Shown here: positions 27,100-37,686 of the stretch, piece after piece
Layout of the letters: every line of letters starts with the position of its first letter
Numbering within the stretch: position 1 is the first letter of the stretch
DNA from: Octopus bimaculoides
Taxonomy: Eukaryota
Reading direction: 5' to 3'
DNA: 64,000 bases
NCBI RefSeq assembly: GCF_001194135.2
Contig: NC_068986.1
Coordinates: 68,625,228 to 68,689,227, forward strand
The notes under the pieces: model-generated
What the model saw: only the letters and a program-made list of their open reading frames with translations
What the model was told of the DNA's origin: nothing
Database searches by the model: none
Position numbers and translations under genes: made by a program

Positions 27100-27365
27100 A
27101 TAACAACAGACGAGGACAGGTGGTGTAAATAACAAAAGTATATATTAGTATGACGCTCGGGAATACGGAAAGTCTTTGACGTTTCGAGCTACGCTCTTCA
27201 ACAGAAAGAATACGGAGACAAGGAGAAAAACACGGAGAAAAAAAATTGAATAGTGTTCAGTCAACGGTCAATCATAATAATGGCCGATCATAACAATGAC
27301 TGACCGGAAGTTAGAAATTCTTATTTCAGGAGAGCTAAGAAAGGGGGAGATAACAAACGGTGATC
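27100..27365 (-). mobile_element. Penelope-like element 3'/pLTR fragment
   Basis: Carries the TGAAGAG...CTCGAAACGTC signature typical of Penelope-like 3' ends and is flanked by (TA)n. Confidence 0.7.
27173..27209 (-). ncRNA. Minimal type-I hammerhead ribozyme motif (variant core CUGUUGA)
   Basis: The minus strand reads TCTTT-CTGTTGA-A-GAGC(GTA)GCTC-GAAA-CG-TC-AAAGA: 5-bp stem I, 4-bp stem II, palindromic ACGT stem III and a GUC cleavage triplet. Confidence 0.7.
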
Positions 27366-27383
27366 ATATATATATATATATAG

Positions 27384-27657
27384 CAATTGCAGCTTCGAAG
27401 ATATTTGTTGGCCATTCAAGGAAAACAAAAAACCGTTAGATTCACTTCAACATTTAATTTTCAAAGACTATTGAGGTCATTTAAGAACACACAAAAAAAC
27501 ATTAGATGCAGCACAAAGTTTTGTCAGTGAACAGGTCACAGTTTCAGAGTGATGAAAATATTTTGGTACAAATTAAATTTAAATGTTGAAGTGAATCTAA
27601 CAGTTTTTTTTTTGTGTATTCTTAAATGGCTTACAATCATCTTCCACGCTGCAATTG
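27384..27657. mobile_element. MITE with long imperfect TIRs (~75 bp), inserted next to (TA)n
   Basis: Left end CAATTGCAGCTTCGAAGAT...CCGTTAGATTCACTTCAACATTTAA; right end TTAAATGTTGAAGTGAATCTAACAG...ATCTTCCACGCTGCAATTG. Confidence 0.85.
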
Positions 27658-27749
27658 TTTTTGTTTCAGCACACAACCCCAGATCAAGTCACTTGCTATG
27701 CAAGTACATATCCGTAATTTAATTTTCATTTGTGTCAGAATTTTCATTG

Positions 27750-27990
27750 CTCGACTGGTATCACAGACAAACTTTATCCAGGACAGACACCAGCTGACAG
27801 ACCAGATTTAACTGATAGAGTATTTAATATGAAACTTAGGGATCTCTTGCATGATATTTTGGAGAAGAATGTTTTGAGAGAGGTTGCAGGGTACATGTAG
27901 ACTATAGAGTTTCAAAAGCGTGGACTACCCCATTGTCATATGTTGTTCATATTAAAAAAAGATCCAAAACATTATGATAAATTAAGGAAA
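27750..27990 (+). pseudogene. Helitron Rep domain fragment including HUH motif 2
   Basis: Frame +1 reads LYPGQTPADRPDLTDRVFNMKLRDLLHDILEKNVLREVAGYM*TIEFQKRGLPHCHMLFIL, with one TAG at 27898-27900 where Tyr is expected. EFQKRGLPHxH is the Helitron Rep motif 2. Confidence 0.9.
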
Positions 27991-28860
27991 TCATCATCAT
28001 CATCATCGTTTAACGTCCGCTTTCCATGCTAGCATGGGTTGGACGATTTGACTGAGGACTGGTGAAACCGGATGGCAACACCAGGCTCCAGTCTGATTTG
28101 GCAGAGTTTCTACAGCTGGATGCCCTTCCTAACGCCAACCACTCAGAGAGTGTAGTGGGTGCTTTTACGTGTCACCCGCACGAAAACGGCCNNNNNNNNN
28201 NNNNNNNNNNNNNNNNNNNNNNNNNNNNNNNNNNNNNNNNNNNNNNNNNNNNNNNNNNNNNNNNNNNNNNNNNNNNNNNNNNNNNNNNNNNNNNNNNNNN
28301 NNNNNNNNNNNNNNNNNNNNNNNNNNNNNNNNNNNNNNNNNNNNNNNNNNNNNNNNNNNNNNNNNNNNNNNNNNNNNNNNNNNNNNNNNNNNNNNNNNNN
28401 NNNNNNNNNNNNNNNNNNNNNNNNNNNNNNNNNNNNNNNNNNNNNNNNNNNNNNNNNNNNNNNNNNNNNNNNNNNNNNNNNNNNNNNNNNNNNNNNNNNN
28501 NNNNNNNNNNNNNNNNNNNNNNNNNNNNNNNNNNNNNNNGATGCTGCTAATGTTCAGCTTTTCTCTCAAGATACTTACACTCTGACGGGTATTCACATTG
28601 ACATTACACATCCAACGGAGCATACTGGCTTCATTCCTTGCGAGCTTACGTATGTCCTCAGCAGTTACAGCCCATGTTTCACTGCCATGTAGCATGGTTG
28701 TTCATACGCATGCGTCATACAGTCTGCCTTTTACTCTGAGTGAGAGTCCCTTTGTCGCCAGCAGGGGTAAGAGCTCTCTAAACTTTGCCCAGGCTATTCT
28801 TATTCTAGCAGCTACACTTTCAGCGCACCCACCCCCACTACTAACTTGGTCGCCCAGATG
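27991..28860 (-). mobile_element. 5'-truncated RTE LINE, second young copy, with internal gap
   Basis: Same (CAT)n tail and same ORF2 text (RIRIAWAKFRELLPLLATKGLSLRVKGRLYDACV...MLHGSETW) as the 11371 copy. Confidence 0.92.
28192..28540. other. Assembly gap
   Basis: Run of N. Confidence 1.
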
Positions 28861-29509
28861 AACATATTTAGTTTTGCTGAAGGAATTATGAAACTAAAAC
28901 TTAAGTGAGTGTATATAAAGTTGCTCTCAAGTGAGAGCAATTTTAGGTTTAGGATTTCAAATCTTGCTTGATTTATTTCAGTTATAATAGAATAATAAGT
29001 CACAGACTCTTTTGCTAAGGTAAACTGTTTAATGCAAACAATTCCTTGATAACATTAGCTTTTACATGAAGCCTCTTTCCCTTGAAGTAGGAATTTCCTA
29101 AGTGCGTATTTTCAATAATATTGAGTAGTTCTTTGGCAGGCCATTCTGAATGAGCAAAACAAATATTAGTTTCATTTAAAAAAATTTTTTAATTGCAGGA
29201 CACTTTATCAAGGCTATGTATGTATTCATAATTAAAGTTAGATTGATTGAGAAAAGTCAGCTTATCAGTTGACTGAAGATCACAGAGGTATGACACCTGA
29301 ATAGTGAGATAAACTCTTAGGTTCAATTTAAAAAACTATATATTATATGAATTTGCCATTTATGCAAATAACACATACATGCGATTTTAGACAATTTTCA
29401 TATATTCAGCAGTTGTTCCACTTCATCATGCTGAAAAAAATGGTTGTTTATTTTAAATATCTGTATAGCTTTTGACTATTTCTGACAGTTTTAAACATAG
29501 CTGGCAATA

Positions 29510-29660
29510 TCGTCGTCGTCGTCGTTTAACGTCTGCTTTCCATGCTAGCATGGGTTGGATGATTTGACTGAGGACTGGCGAACCAGATGACTACACCAGG
29601 CTCCAATCTGATTTGGCAGAGTTTCTACAGCTGGATGCCCTTCCTAACGCCAACCATTCC
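29510..29660 (-). mobile_element. RTE 3' tail fragment with (CGT)n end
   Basis: CGTCGTCGTTTAACGTCTGCTTTCCATGCTAGCATGGGTTGG...CCTAACGCCAACCA. Confidence 0.9.
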
Positions 29661-30116
29661 AAGAAGAAAAAGATTTATTTTGCAAGTACTTCAATTATAT
29701 TATTTTTATCTTGGTTTCTGTAAATTATTGGTCCACTGCTTTCCCAATAACCCTGAACTAATCTCAACCCTAATACATACTCTAAACTTCAAACTTAATT
29801 CTTACTTGTACACTTCCAATCCAACTCTGAAGTTCAACAGTAACCACAGTCATTTCTTAAACCACAAAACTTGAAAATGAAAAGTTGTATGAAAATGAAA
29901 AGAAAACAAAATAGAGAAAGCATGTTCCTTACAGTAGTTGATAATTTACAAAATAACAGAAGGTGAATGAAATGAATGAAATTGCTTCAATATCTAGGAA
30001 TTAAAAATTTAGAATGTAAAGACATGCAAAAAATTTTATGATAAAATGTAAGCATCCAAATATTTTTGCATTATTATGACTAATACTCCTTTCTTTTTGC
30101 TGAAATTGTTATATAG

Positions 30117-30398
30117 CCATCCTACCCAAACCAAGAGGATAAAATTCCAAAGAAATCCCTGATTTGTAAAGGGGACAGGTTGATGGTTAGTCTAAGTGTA
30201 GACTATTTCAGTGACAAACAGAAATCTCTTCACAGAAAAATTATCAAAATCTACCAACACAATCAGGACTATTGTACAACTTGCAATAAATATGGTCAGG
30301 AATACTTCAAGCTCCAGTTTCAAAACTCATTAATTTTATATGAAGTTGCTGAAATTAAAGCATCCAATGTAATGGGAAAAAGTATCGATGATATACAA
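30117..30398 (+). CDS. Candidate internal coding exon (94 codons, phase 0/0) of an unidentified host gene
   Basis: Branch-like CTAAT at 30080, pyrimidine tract 30085-30100, first downstream AG at 30115-16, an open frame PSYPNQEDKIPKKSLICKG...YEVAEIKASNVMGKSIDDIQ, and donor CAA|GTAAGC at 30399. Confidence 0.4.
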
Positions 30399-31654
30399 GT
30401 AAGCCACATGATGAATCTATCCATAATTTCATTTTTGTCCATTTCTTAGTTCTTTTTATTTATTTTATCAGTTATCTCATGCTTTTCTTCTCTTATACCA
30501 ACCACCCCTCACACAACTTCTCTTATTCTCTCTTTCTTCTTCTTAGTTGCCTCACATAGTTAATATGCACAAAACAATTAATTGTACAATGTATGCTTTA
30601 TGTGAAAGCGCATAGCTTCGTGGTTAGATATAACTACATAAAATGTAACATATAAGTAAATAAAAGAAATATAAAATAAATCAGAGCATGAAATAATATT
30701 CGACAACAATATTATCTAACCATTGCTCCTGTATTCACTCTGAAATAATAAGTACCAACTTAAAATTCCAAACAGAAACAGCTTCCAAGGTTTGATCATG
30801 CTGTTATTTGAGAAGCCTTAAATATTTTATTATGATTAGTCTCCATGATACTGAATATTTCATTAATAGCATGCTGAATGAATTAAACTTGCTGGTTTGA
30901 ATATATTTTGTATTTTTTACTTAGTTATTAGACAAATCCATGCTTAATGAATGTCATATGGGTAGCATTGTCTGCTATTACAAAACAGGTAATTCACTGA
31001 TGAGAAAAATGATTCAATGAGTTGAAAACAAGTAATAAATTTGTAAGTTATGCATGTCAAGGTTGGGGAAGCTTCATGCAACTCTTAGGAAAAAACCCTA
31101 TCTACATTTCAAAGTGGAGACCAATAGTATAAACAACCTAGAGAAATACCAACAAATTGTGTACACATGCATACACACATATCTGTGTGTGTGGCAGGAG
31201 GGGGGGGGGGTTCCATTTGGTTTCTTCTCTGGCAATTGACCCCACACATATTTGTCTGTGGAGATTAACTGCTACTGGCAACATCATTTCTGTTTGGTAA
31301 TACAACTTCCAGGAAGATATACTTCATTTTTGTCTTCAATCTTCACAGTATAATTATACAGAAAATGACTGCAGACTTTACAAACTGTAAAGAGTTAGCA
31401 GACAGTGACTCTGATCTTTGAAGTAGCTCACAACATAGCCCCTCCACTATGGTCTCTCTCTCTCCTCTCATCGCTGCTATTGTGTCTCACCTCCCAAATC
31501 CTGACTAAACACTTTTCCCAATCATTTGTCCTGAGACCAAAACCTTTTGGAATTTTGCTGTGTTATTCAGTAGGTGTTTTGATTCGCTTACAATGTTTTC
31601 AATTAAGACATAAATATCAAAATCTCCTACTTATTACCCTAGTATTCCTCAAAA

Positions 31655-31990
31655 GACACATGGCTCAGTGCTTAGAGTGTTGGGTTCACAGTCATGAAGT
31701 AGTGAGTTTGATTCCTGGACTGGGCTGTATGTTGTGTTCTTGAGCAAGACACTTAATTTCACGCTGCTCCAGTTCACTCAGCTGTAGAAATGAGTTGCAA
31801 CGTCACTGGTGCCAAGATATATCAGCATTTGCCTTTCCCTTGGATAACATCAGTGGCATGGGGAGGGGAGGCTGGTATGCATGGGTGACTGCTGGTATTC
31901 CATAAACAACCTTGCCCGGACTTGCACTTTGGAGGGAAACTTTCTAGGTGCAATCCCATGGTCATTCATGACTGAAGAGGTCTTTACCCT
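31655..31990 (+). mobile_element. tRNA-derived SINE, a further family
   Basis: Head TGGCTCAGTGCTTAGAG...GAGTTTGATTCC, CORE/V-like TTCTTGAGCAAGACACTTAATTTCAC, end GGTCTTTACCCTTTT. Confidence 0.8.
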
Positions 31991-33019
31991 TTTTTTTTTT
32001 TATATCCCTCAAATATCTGAAACTTCATGCTGATGTTAAAATGGATCATAAGCAAATAAGAGTTATTAGTAGAAGTTAGTATATGAAGAAATTCAAAGCT
32101 TAACGTGAGAGCAGAAATACAGGAGATGTCTGCAGTAAGGAAACAAAATATAATTTGTTCTGACAAATCCTTTTCATGCCAGTATGAAAAATGGCAAATA
32201 TATTCATGCTACTCACCACTTCGGTATATATTTGGGATATCTAAAATAAAGAAATAACAGTAGTTGATTAAGAGAGTTAGTACTGTTTCATCAAATTACT
32301 ATTTTACTGTATGTTGTTATTTCTACTTCATTAGAAATAACAATTACTCTAATAAAGTGAAGATTTAATTATTTCCCATAGCATTGCTATGTTTAAATGC
32401 AATTGTTCATCATATATTTAAATGACCTTGATTAATTTTTTAACTTGGTGGGACAAACTGCTGGGTAGGCATCTCATTTTCAATATCCTGTGTAGAGATT
32501 TCAGCTCAAAATTCCAAGAGGCTGAAATACTCATTAAATTACACAGTATCATCCATAATAGGAACTTGTGCCTCCCTACAATATCCTTTATTTTTATTAT
32601 TGATATTATTAATAATTTTAGTCAGGAAGATGGGAAGGTCAATGTGGTTAACATTCATCTTGAACAACTGCAAGAAGACATCTGCAGGAAACACATAGAC
32701 AAGGAGAGATTACTCTAGGGAAGAAGGATTGGAGAAATGTAAGTGACAAGAGAAGGACAAATAAATGTGTTAGCTGGTTGGGGTGGAAGGGGTACAGAAC
32801 TAACTCCCTGAAGTAGGGGCCACTGTCACAGAAAAGCAATGCAGGAAAACACCCATCCAAAGACCAGAGGGTCAAATATGTTGGTGAGTGACTCCACGTC
32901 AATCAATCAAATGTCCCTTTTACTTTCTTTCTTTTTTTTAATGACATTACAGATTGATATATTAGGCCATTGAAAGTTAAAAACGTTTTCTTAGAAATAA
33001 TGCTAGTGGCAAGGTACAC

Positions 33020-33240
33020 AAATACTGATTTCAAATTTTGGCACAGGGCAACAAGTTCAGGGCAGGGAGTAAGCTGATCATATCGATCCCAGTGCTCAAC
33101 TGGTACTTATTTTATTGACCCTGAAAGGATGAAAGACAAAGTCAACCTCGGCGGAATTTGAACTCAGAATGTAGAGATGACTGAAATACTACTAAGCATT
33201 TGGCTTGGCATGCTAATGATTCTGCCAGCCCACTGCCCTC
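33020..33240 (-). mobile_element. tRNA-derived SINE (GTCGACTTTGCC family)
   Basis: GGATGAAAGACAAAGTCAACCTCGGCGGAATTTGAACTCAGAA. Confidence 0.85.
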
Positions 33241-33696
33241 AGATACACAAATATTGTCAAACAAAAGTGTCTACCAACCACTCAATTGGCTAATGAAATG
33301 ATTCATTACTGATCTAAGTTTTAAAATATTTCTAATTTTTTGACATTGGCAAGATTTGCTGTGACATATCACTACACCTCACGATCTTGTCTCCATTACA
33401 TCTATGATATCAAAGATCAGATTAAATATACACCATTGAACAGTGCTTCTGAAATTTAAAACTGTAAAATGAACTTAGCTGTCTACTAGTTTATATTTCT
33501 GAGTGCAAACCTGCTACCACAGACACTTTTATAATTTTTATTAACCTTGCTTTGTGGGTGACTAGTTCTAAGTGCCATAACGGGTGCATGTAGCTTGTGG
33601 GTTTCTTTGATTGACTGACTAATATACTAATATCTCAGTGATTTCCAGCATTATCCAACATTTGAAGTCCTTTAGTTTGTTTTTATCTCTATGGTG

Positions 33697-34090
33697 GGAG
33701 GCGCAATGGCCCAGTGGTTAGGGCAGCAGACTCGCGGTCATAGGATCGCGGTTTCGATTCCCAGATCGGGCGTTATGAATGTTTATTGAGCGAAAACACC
33801 TAAAAGCTCCACGAGGCTCTGGCAGGGGATGGTGGCGAACCCTGCTGTACACTTTCACCACAACTTTCTCTCACTCTTACTTCCTGTTTCCATTGTGCCT
33901 GTAATTTAAAGGGTCAGCCTTGTCACACTGTGTCATGCTGAATATCCCCAAGAACTACGTTAAGGGTACACGTGTCTGTGGAGTGCTCAGCCACTTGCAC
34001 GTTAATTTCACGAGCAGGCTGTTCCGTTGATCGGATCAACTGGAACCCTCGACGTCGTAAGCAACAGAGTGCCAACAACAACAACAACAA
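33697..34090 (+). mobile_element. ~390-bp tRNA-derived SINE with a 12-bp TSD
   Basis: Same family as 13320. ATCTCTATGGTG flanks it at 33685-33696 and 34090-34101. Confidence 0.95.
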
Positions 34091-35304
34091 TCTCTATGGT
34101 GATAAAATCAATTCAGAAAAATTGCTATTCTTACACAATACTAATAATGTTAGTAGCTTATAGTACTAGTAAAACTGTGTTAAGTATAAGGATTACAGGG
34201 AAAATGTTTCAACAGTTCAAAACATGCAGTTTTAGTTACTGTACCTAACCTTTCAGTTGAGCAGACCAACATTAGGAAGACTTCAATGACCACAGCATCT
34301 TACTTACCTACCTCTTACTTACCTACAATATAGCAATACTAAAACATTAATTTCAAAAACAGAATCATGTTCAATAACATATTAGAAGTAATTGATGTTA
34401 TTATTGCGAAGGTGTCAGTTGTTATGCTGGTGATGATAAGAGCTCTGATGATGATGATATCAGTACTGCACGATAAATATTTTTCCAAGAAAGTATAAAA
34501 GACATACTTAAGACTTTTTTTTTTATCTCTTGTACTTTTGTTTTTTGAAAATGAAATTAGAGAAAATATTCATGAAATATTTATGGAATTTTGAAAATTA
34601 CAAAAATAAATTCTTAAACTATACTAAGAATTTCAAGAAGCAAATGCCCAAATTGGGATACCAGTATGAATATGTTTTTTTCTAAGTTAATCAGAGTTTC
34701 AAAAATTATTTCACACATACTTTAAATAATTGGTTCTATTTTTAATTATTTACTAGGAATGTAATTAGAATAACTGTCCAATAATATATTCAGTTTGATA
34801 TTAGATATAGGTGCAGGCTTGGCTCGATGGTTAAGAACTTTGTTTCACAACCACATGACTTTGAGTTCAGTTCAGTCCTACTGTGCAACACCTTATACAA
34901 GTGTCTTCTAGTACAACTCTTGGTTGATTACTGTCTTGTAAGACAAAACCTACTGTGTGTGTGGGCCTGTGTATGTCTGCATAGGTTTTTAGAAATCATC
35001 AAGTCACTGGTTATTTATTTATACACAAAATATAAAATACAAAGTGATTGACAATGAATAAGTAAATATTTTAAACTACGATATCACTGATACATATTTT
35101 TTGTAGGATCCACAGTTGTGTGGGAAAGTTATTGTATTTTTTGTTCATTAAGGTTGTTGGTTGTCCAGTCATTTGCACTTTTTCTGATATCAAAATAAGA
35201 GTTGAGTATAGTCTGTTAAGATTTTTTAAAGTATTACCAATGGAGCCCTATTATACCAGCATTATTTATATTATATATTAAAAGGCAAGTTGTACTCCAC
35301 ATCT

Positions 35305-35622
35305 GATGCTTCTTATGTCCAACTTTTCTCTCAGGGTGCTTACACTCTGTCATGTATGTACACTGACATTACACATCCAGCGAAGCATACTAGCTTCATT
35401 TCTTTCAAGTCTATGTATGTCCTCAGCCGTCACAGCCCATGTTTCACTGTCATATAGCATGGTTGTTTGCATACAGGCATCATACAGTCTACCTTTCACT
35501 CTGAGTGAGAAGCCCTTTGTTACCAGCAGAGGTAGGATCTCTCTGAACTTTGCCCAGCCTATTCTTATTCTAGCAGTTATGCTCTCAGAGCATCCACCCA
35601 CCACTAGTGACTTGGTCACCCA
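35305..35622 (-). mobile_element. Internal RTE ORF2 fragment, older copy
   Basis: ARIRIGWAKFREILPLLVTKGFSLRVKGRLYDACMQTTMLYDSETWAVTAED. Confidence 0.9.
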
Positions 35623-36031
35623 TATATTTCTTAAAATTTGCTAAGATATTGATATTATTTACCTTTTTTATTGACATTTCATTATTAATGTATAATTGTC
35701 ATCTTAGTTTATTACATCATATTTCTGGACATAATGTCTCCAAAGAAGAGATCCTCCATTGGTCGAAAAATGGCAGTAGCAGAGAAATTGAAAAGAAGGA
35801 GAGCAAATGAATTGTCACATGAGTCTTCAATTAGACAATCACAAACTGCCACATATACAGTTACTGCAAGAGCAATGGAAAGCGATGAGCAGTGTAGTAT
35901 TTGCCTGGCCAGGAATGCTGCATTAACAGATTCAGGCAATCCCTCCCCACTTACCATGTCATTTCTTTCATGTACATTTCTCTCATGTGGAACTGTTGAA
36001 TGCACCCACAGGCTTAATTTATCACATAGAT

Positions 36032-36323
36032 CAGGGGTTTTCAAACTTTTTGACTTGCGGACCCCTTTATATTTCAGGCTTTACCTTAGGGACCTTATAA
36101 ATGCTTATGAAATTTATACATAAATATTTGCTTAAAATAACATATTTTTACATTTATTTATTTAACAGTATTTAACAAATAGGTTTATTGTCAATTAAAA
36201 GATTTCGATTAAAAAACATATATAAAATCAAATTGCCCATAAAAAGTATTTCCTGTCCATGGACCCCCTGTCTTGCCCTTGCGGACCCCCTGTGGTCCGG
36301 GGACCACAGTTTGAAAACCCTTG
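36032..36323. mobile_element. hAT MITE
   Basis: TIRs CAGGGGTTTTCAAACT / AGTTTGAAAACCCTTG. The 8-bp TSD ACATAGAT / ACATTGAT matches at 7 of 8 positions. Confidence 0.9.
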
Positions 36324-37611
36324 ACATTGATGTAGTTCCTATGTCTGCTGATTGTTCAGCATGGTAGCGGCAGCACCAACAGCTGCAAAGGATAGTATAT
36401 CTACTGATAGCATTTTGGTGCATTCAAAAATCACATACTTGCCACCCACTTTTCCATGACAAGGTTAGGGCTTGGAATCTTCCAAACAGACAGATGACAT
36501 GTCACTTAGTCAAGTTAGCCCTTCGTTTACTCCACAAAAGTTTGGTCGTCAATGCTGCACTTCCCTGTACCAAATGTTTCAACTTAAATGTACCATATAT
36601 ACAAACTATGACATTTAAATCTTGAGCAATGCTGGATATGTCTGCTAGTTAAAGATAAAGTCTTTGATTTCATTCCATGATTATGTTTGTTTAAAGCATT
36701 TACTATATACATTAATTTTTCAACATGTTTCAATAAACAGAATTGTGAACAATTTCATGTGGCTCTTTCTTGTACATATACGAAGGGTATAACAAAGAAT
36801 ATAGTTTTCAAAGACGTTCTCTCCTAAGACTACATTTTCATTATTATTTATGTGTGTTTTATACCATCTCCAGAATCAAATGCTTCAGAAAAAATGCAAT
36901 TTCAAAAGAAATTATATTTCCTGTTTATATATCAACTTCAACATAACTGTGAAATTTCTGGGGATGTTACTAAATTCATCAAAAATAAAGTAAAATATGG
37001 GCAAAACATGGCCAAATGGCTAAAGAAATCTGCTTTGCAATCACAAGGTTCTGGGTTCAATCTCACAACATAGCATCTTGGCAAGTGCCTTTTAACATAG
37101 CCTTAGGTCAACCCAAGCTTTGTGAGTGAAATTGTGAAGACAAGAATTGCTTGGCAGTCCATCAGATGGTTTTTTACATTTAATTCAAATGGCCAATCTT
37201 ATCACACACTATGTCATGCTGATTCATCTTGCAGTTTACATTAAGGGTACAAATATCTGCAAAATACTCAGCAAATTTACACGTTAAGGTCATTCAGTTG
37301 ATCAATTAACTGAATGCTCCTCATTGAGCTTGAGATAAAATCTGTTTTGTTTAGAAATAAAAGTTGTGTGCTTTAAAGGCTGAAAATTTATTCCAATTTC
37401 AAGCTTGTAAATGCACTCTGCTCAAAGCTCACCTTATTATCCAAATATTATAATGTTCCAGATTATGTGGTCTCATTTGCACATACCATAAGTATATGGT
37501 GTTGCTTCCCAAATAATTAAAGAATAAAGTACATTGCAAATTATTCCAGTAAAGATATTTTGATAGTAAACGTTAGTAACCGTAATATGAAACAGAAAAA
37601 CTGCAACAGGC

Positions 37612-37686
37612 CCAGTAACAGGATTTGAACCAGAAATCTATTACTTACCAGTAACCACATTACTGATTATACCACAGAGGACTGCT
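37612..37686 (-). pseudogene. Degenerate tRNA-like sequence (solo SINE head or tRNA pseudogene)
   Basis: The minus strand has A-box-like TGGTATAATCAG and B-box GGTTCAAATCC at tRNA-like spacing. The cloverleaf is not intact. Confidence 0.4.

Larger units (their letters stand above)
35270..36648 (+). mobile_element. Non-autonomous Helitron relic carrying nested insertions
   Basis: 5'-like TTATATATTAAAAGGCAAGTTG. ORF from 35734 reads MSPKKRSSIGRKMAVAEKLKRRRANE...RAMESDEQ, like Helitron RepHel N-termini. The 3' end GAGCAATGCTGGATATGTCTG-CTAG|T is a decayed hairpin followed by CTAG. Confidence 0.65.

Noticed and set aside
32612-32744. AG...GTAAGT-bounded 118-nt segment
   Set aside because: It has stops in all three frames and may be an old LINE remnant.
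33300-33680. Possible very old LINE C-terminal relic on the minus strand
   Set aside because: Only vague motif resemblance, with too many stops to support a call.
34300-34330. Minus-strand TAG|GTAAGT as a ratchet point
   Set aside because: The pyrimidine tract is weak and the site lies in a short CTTACTTACCTA duplication.
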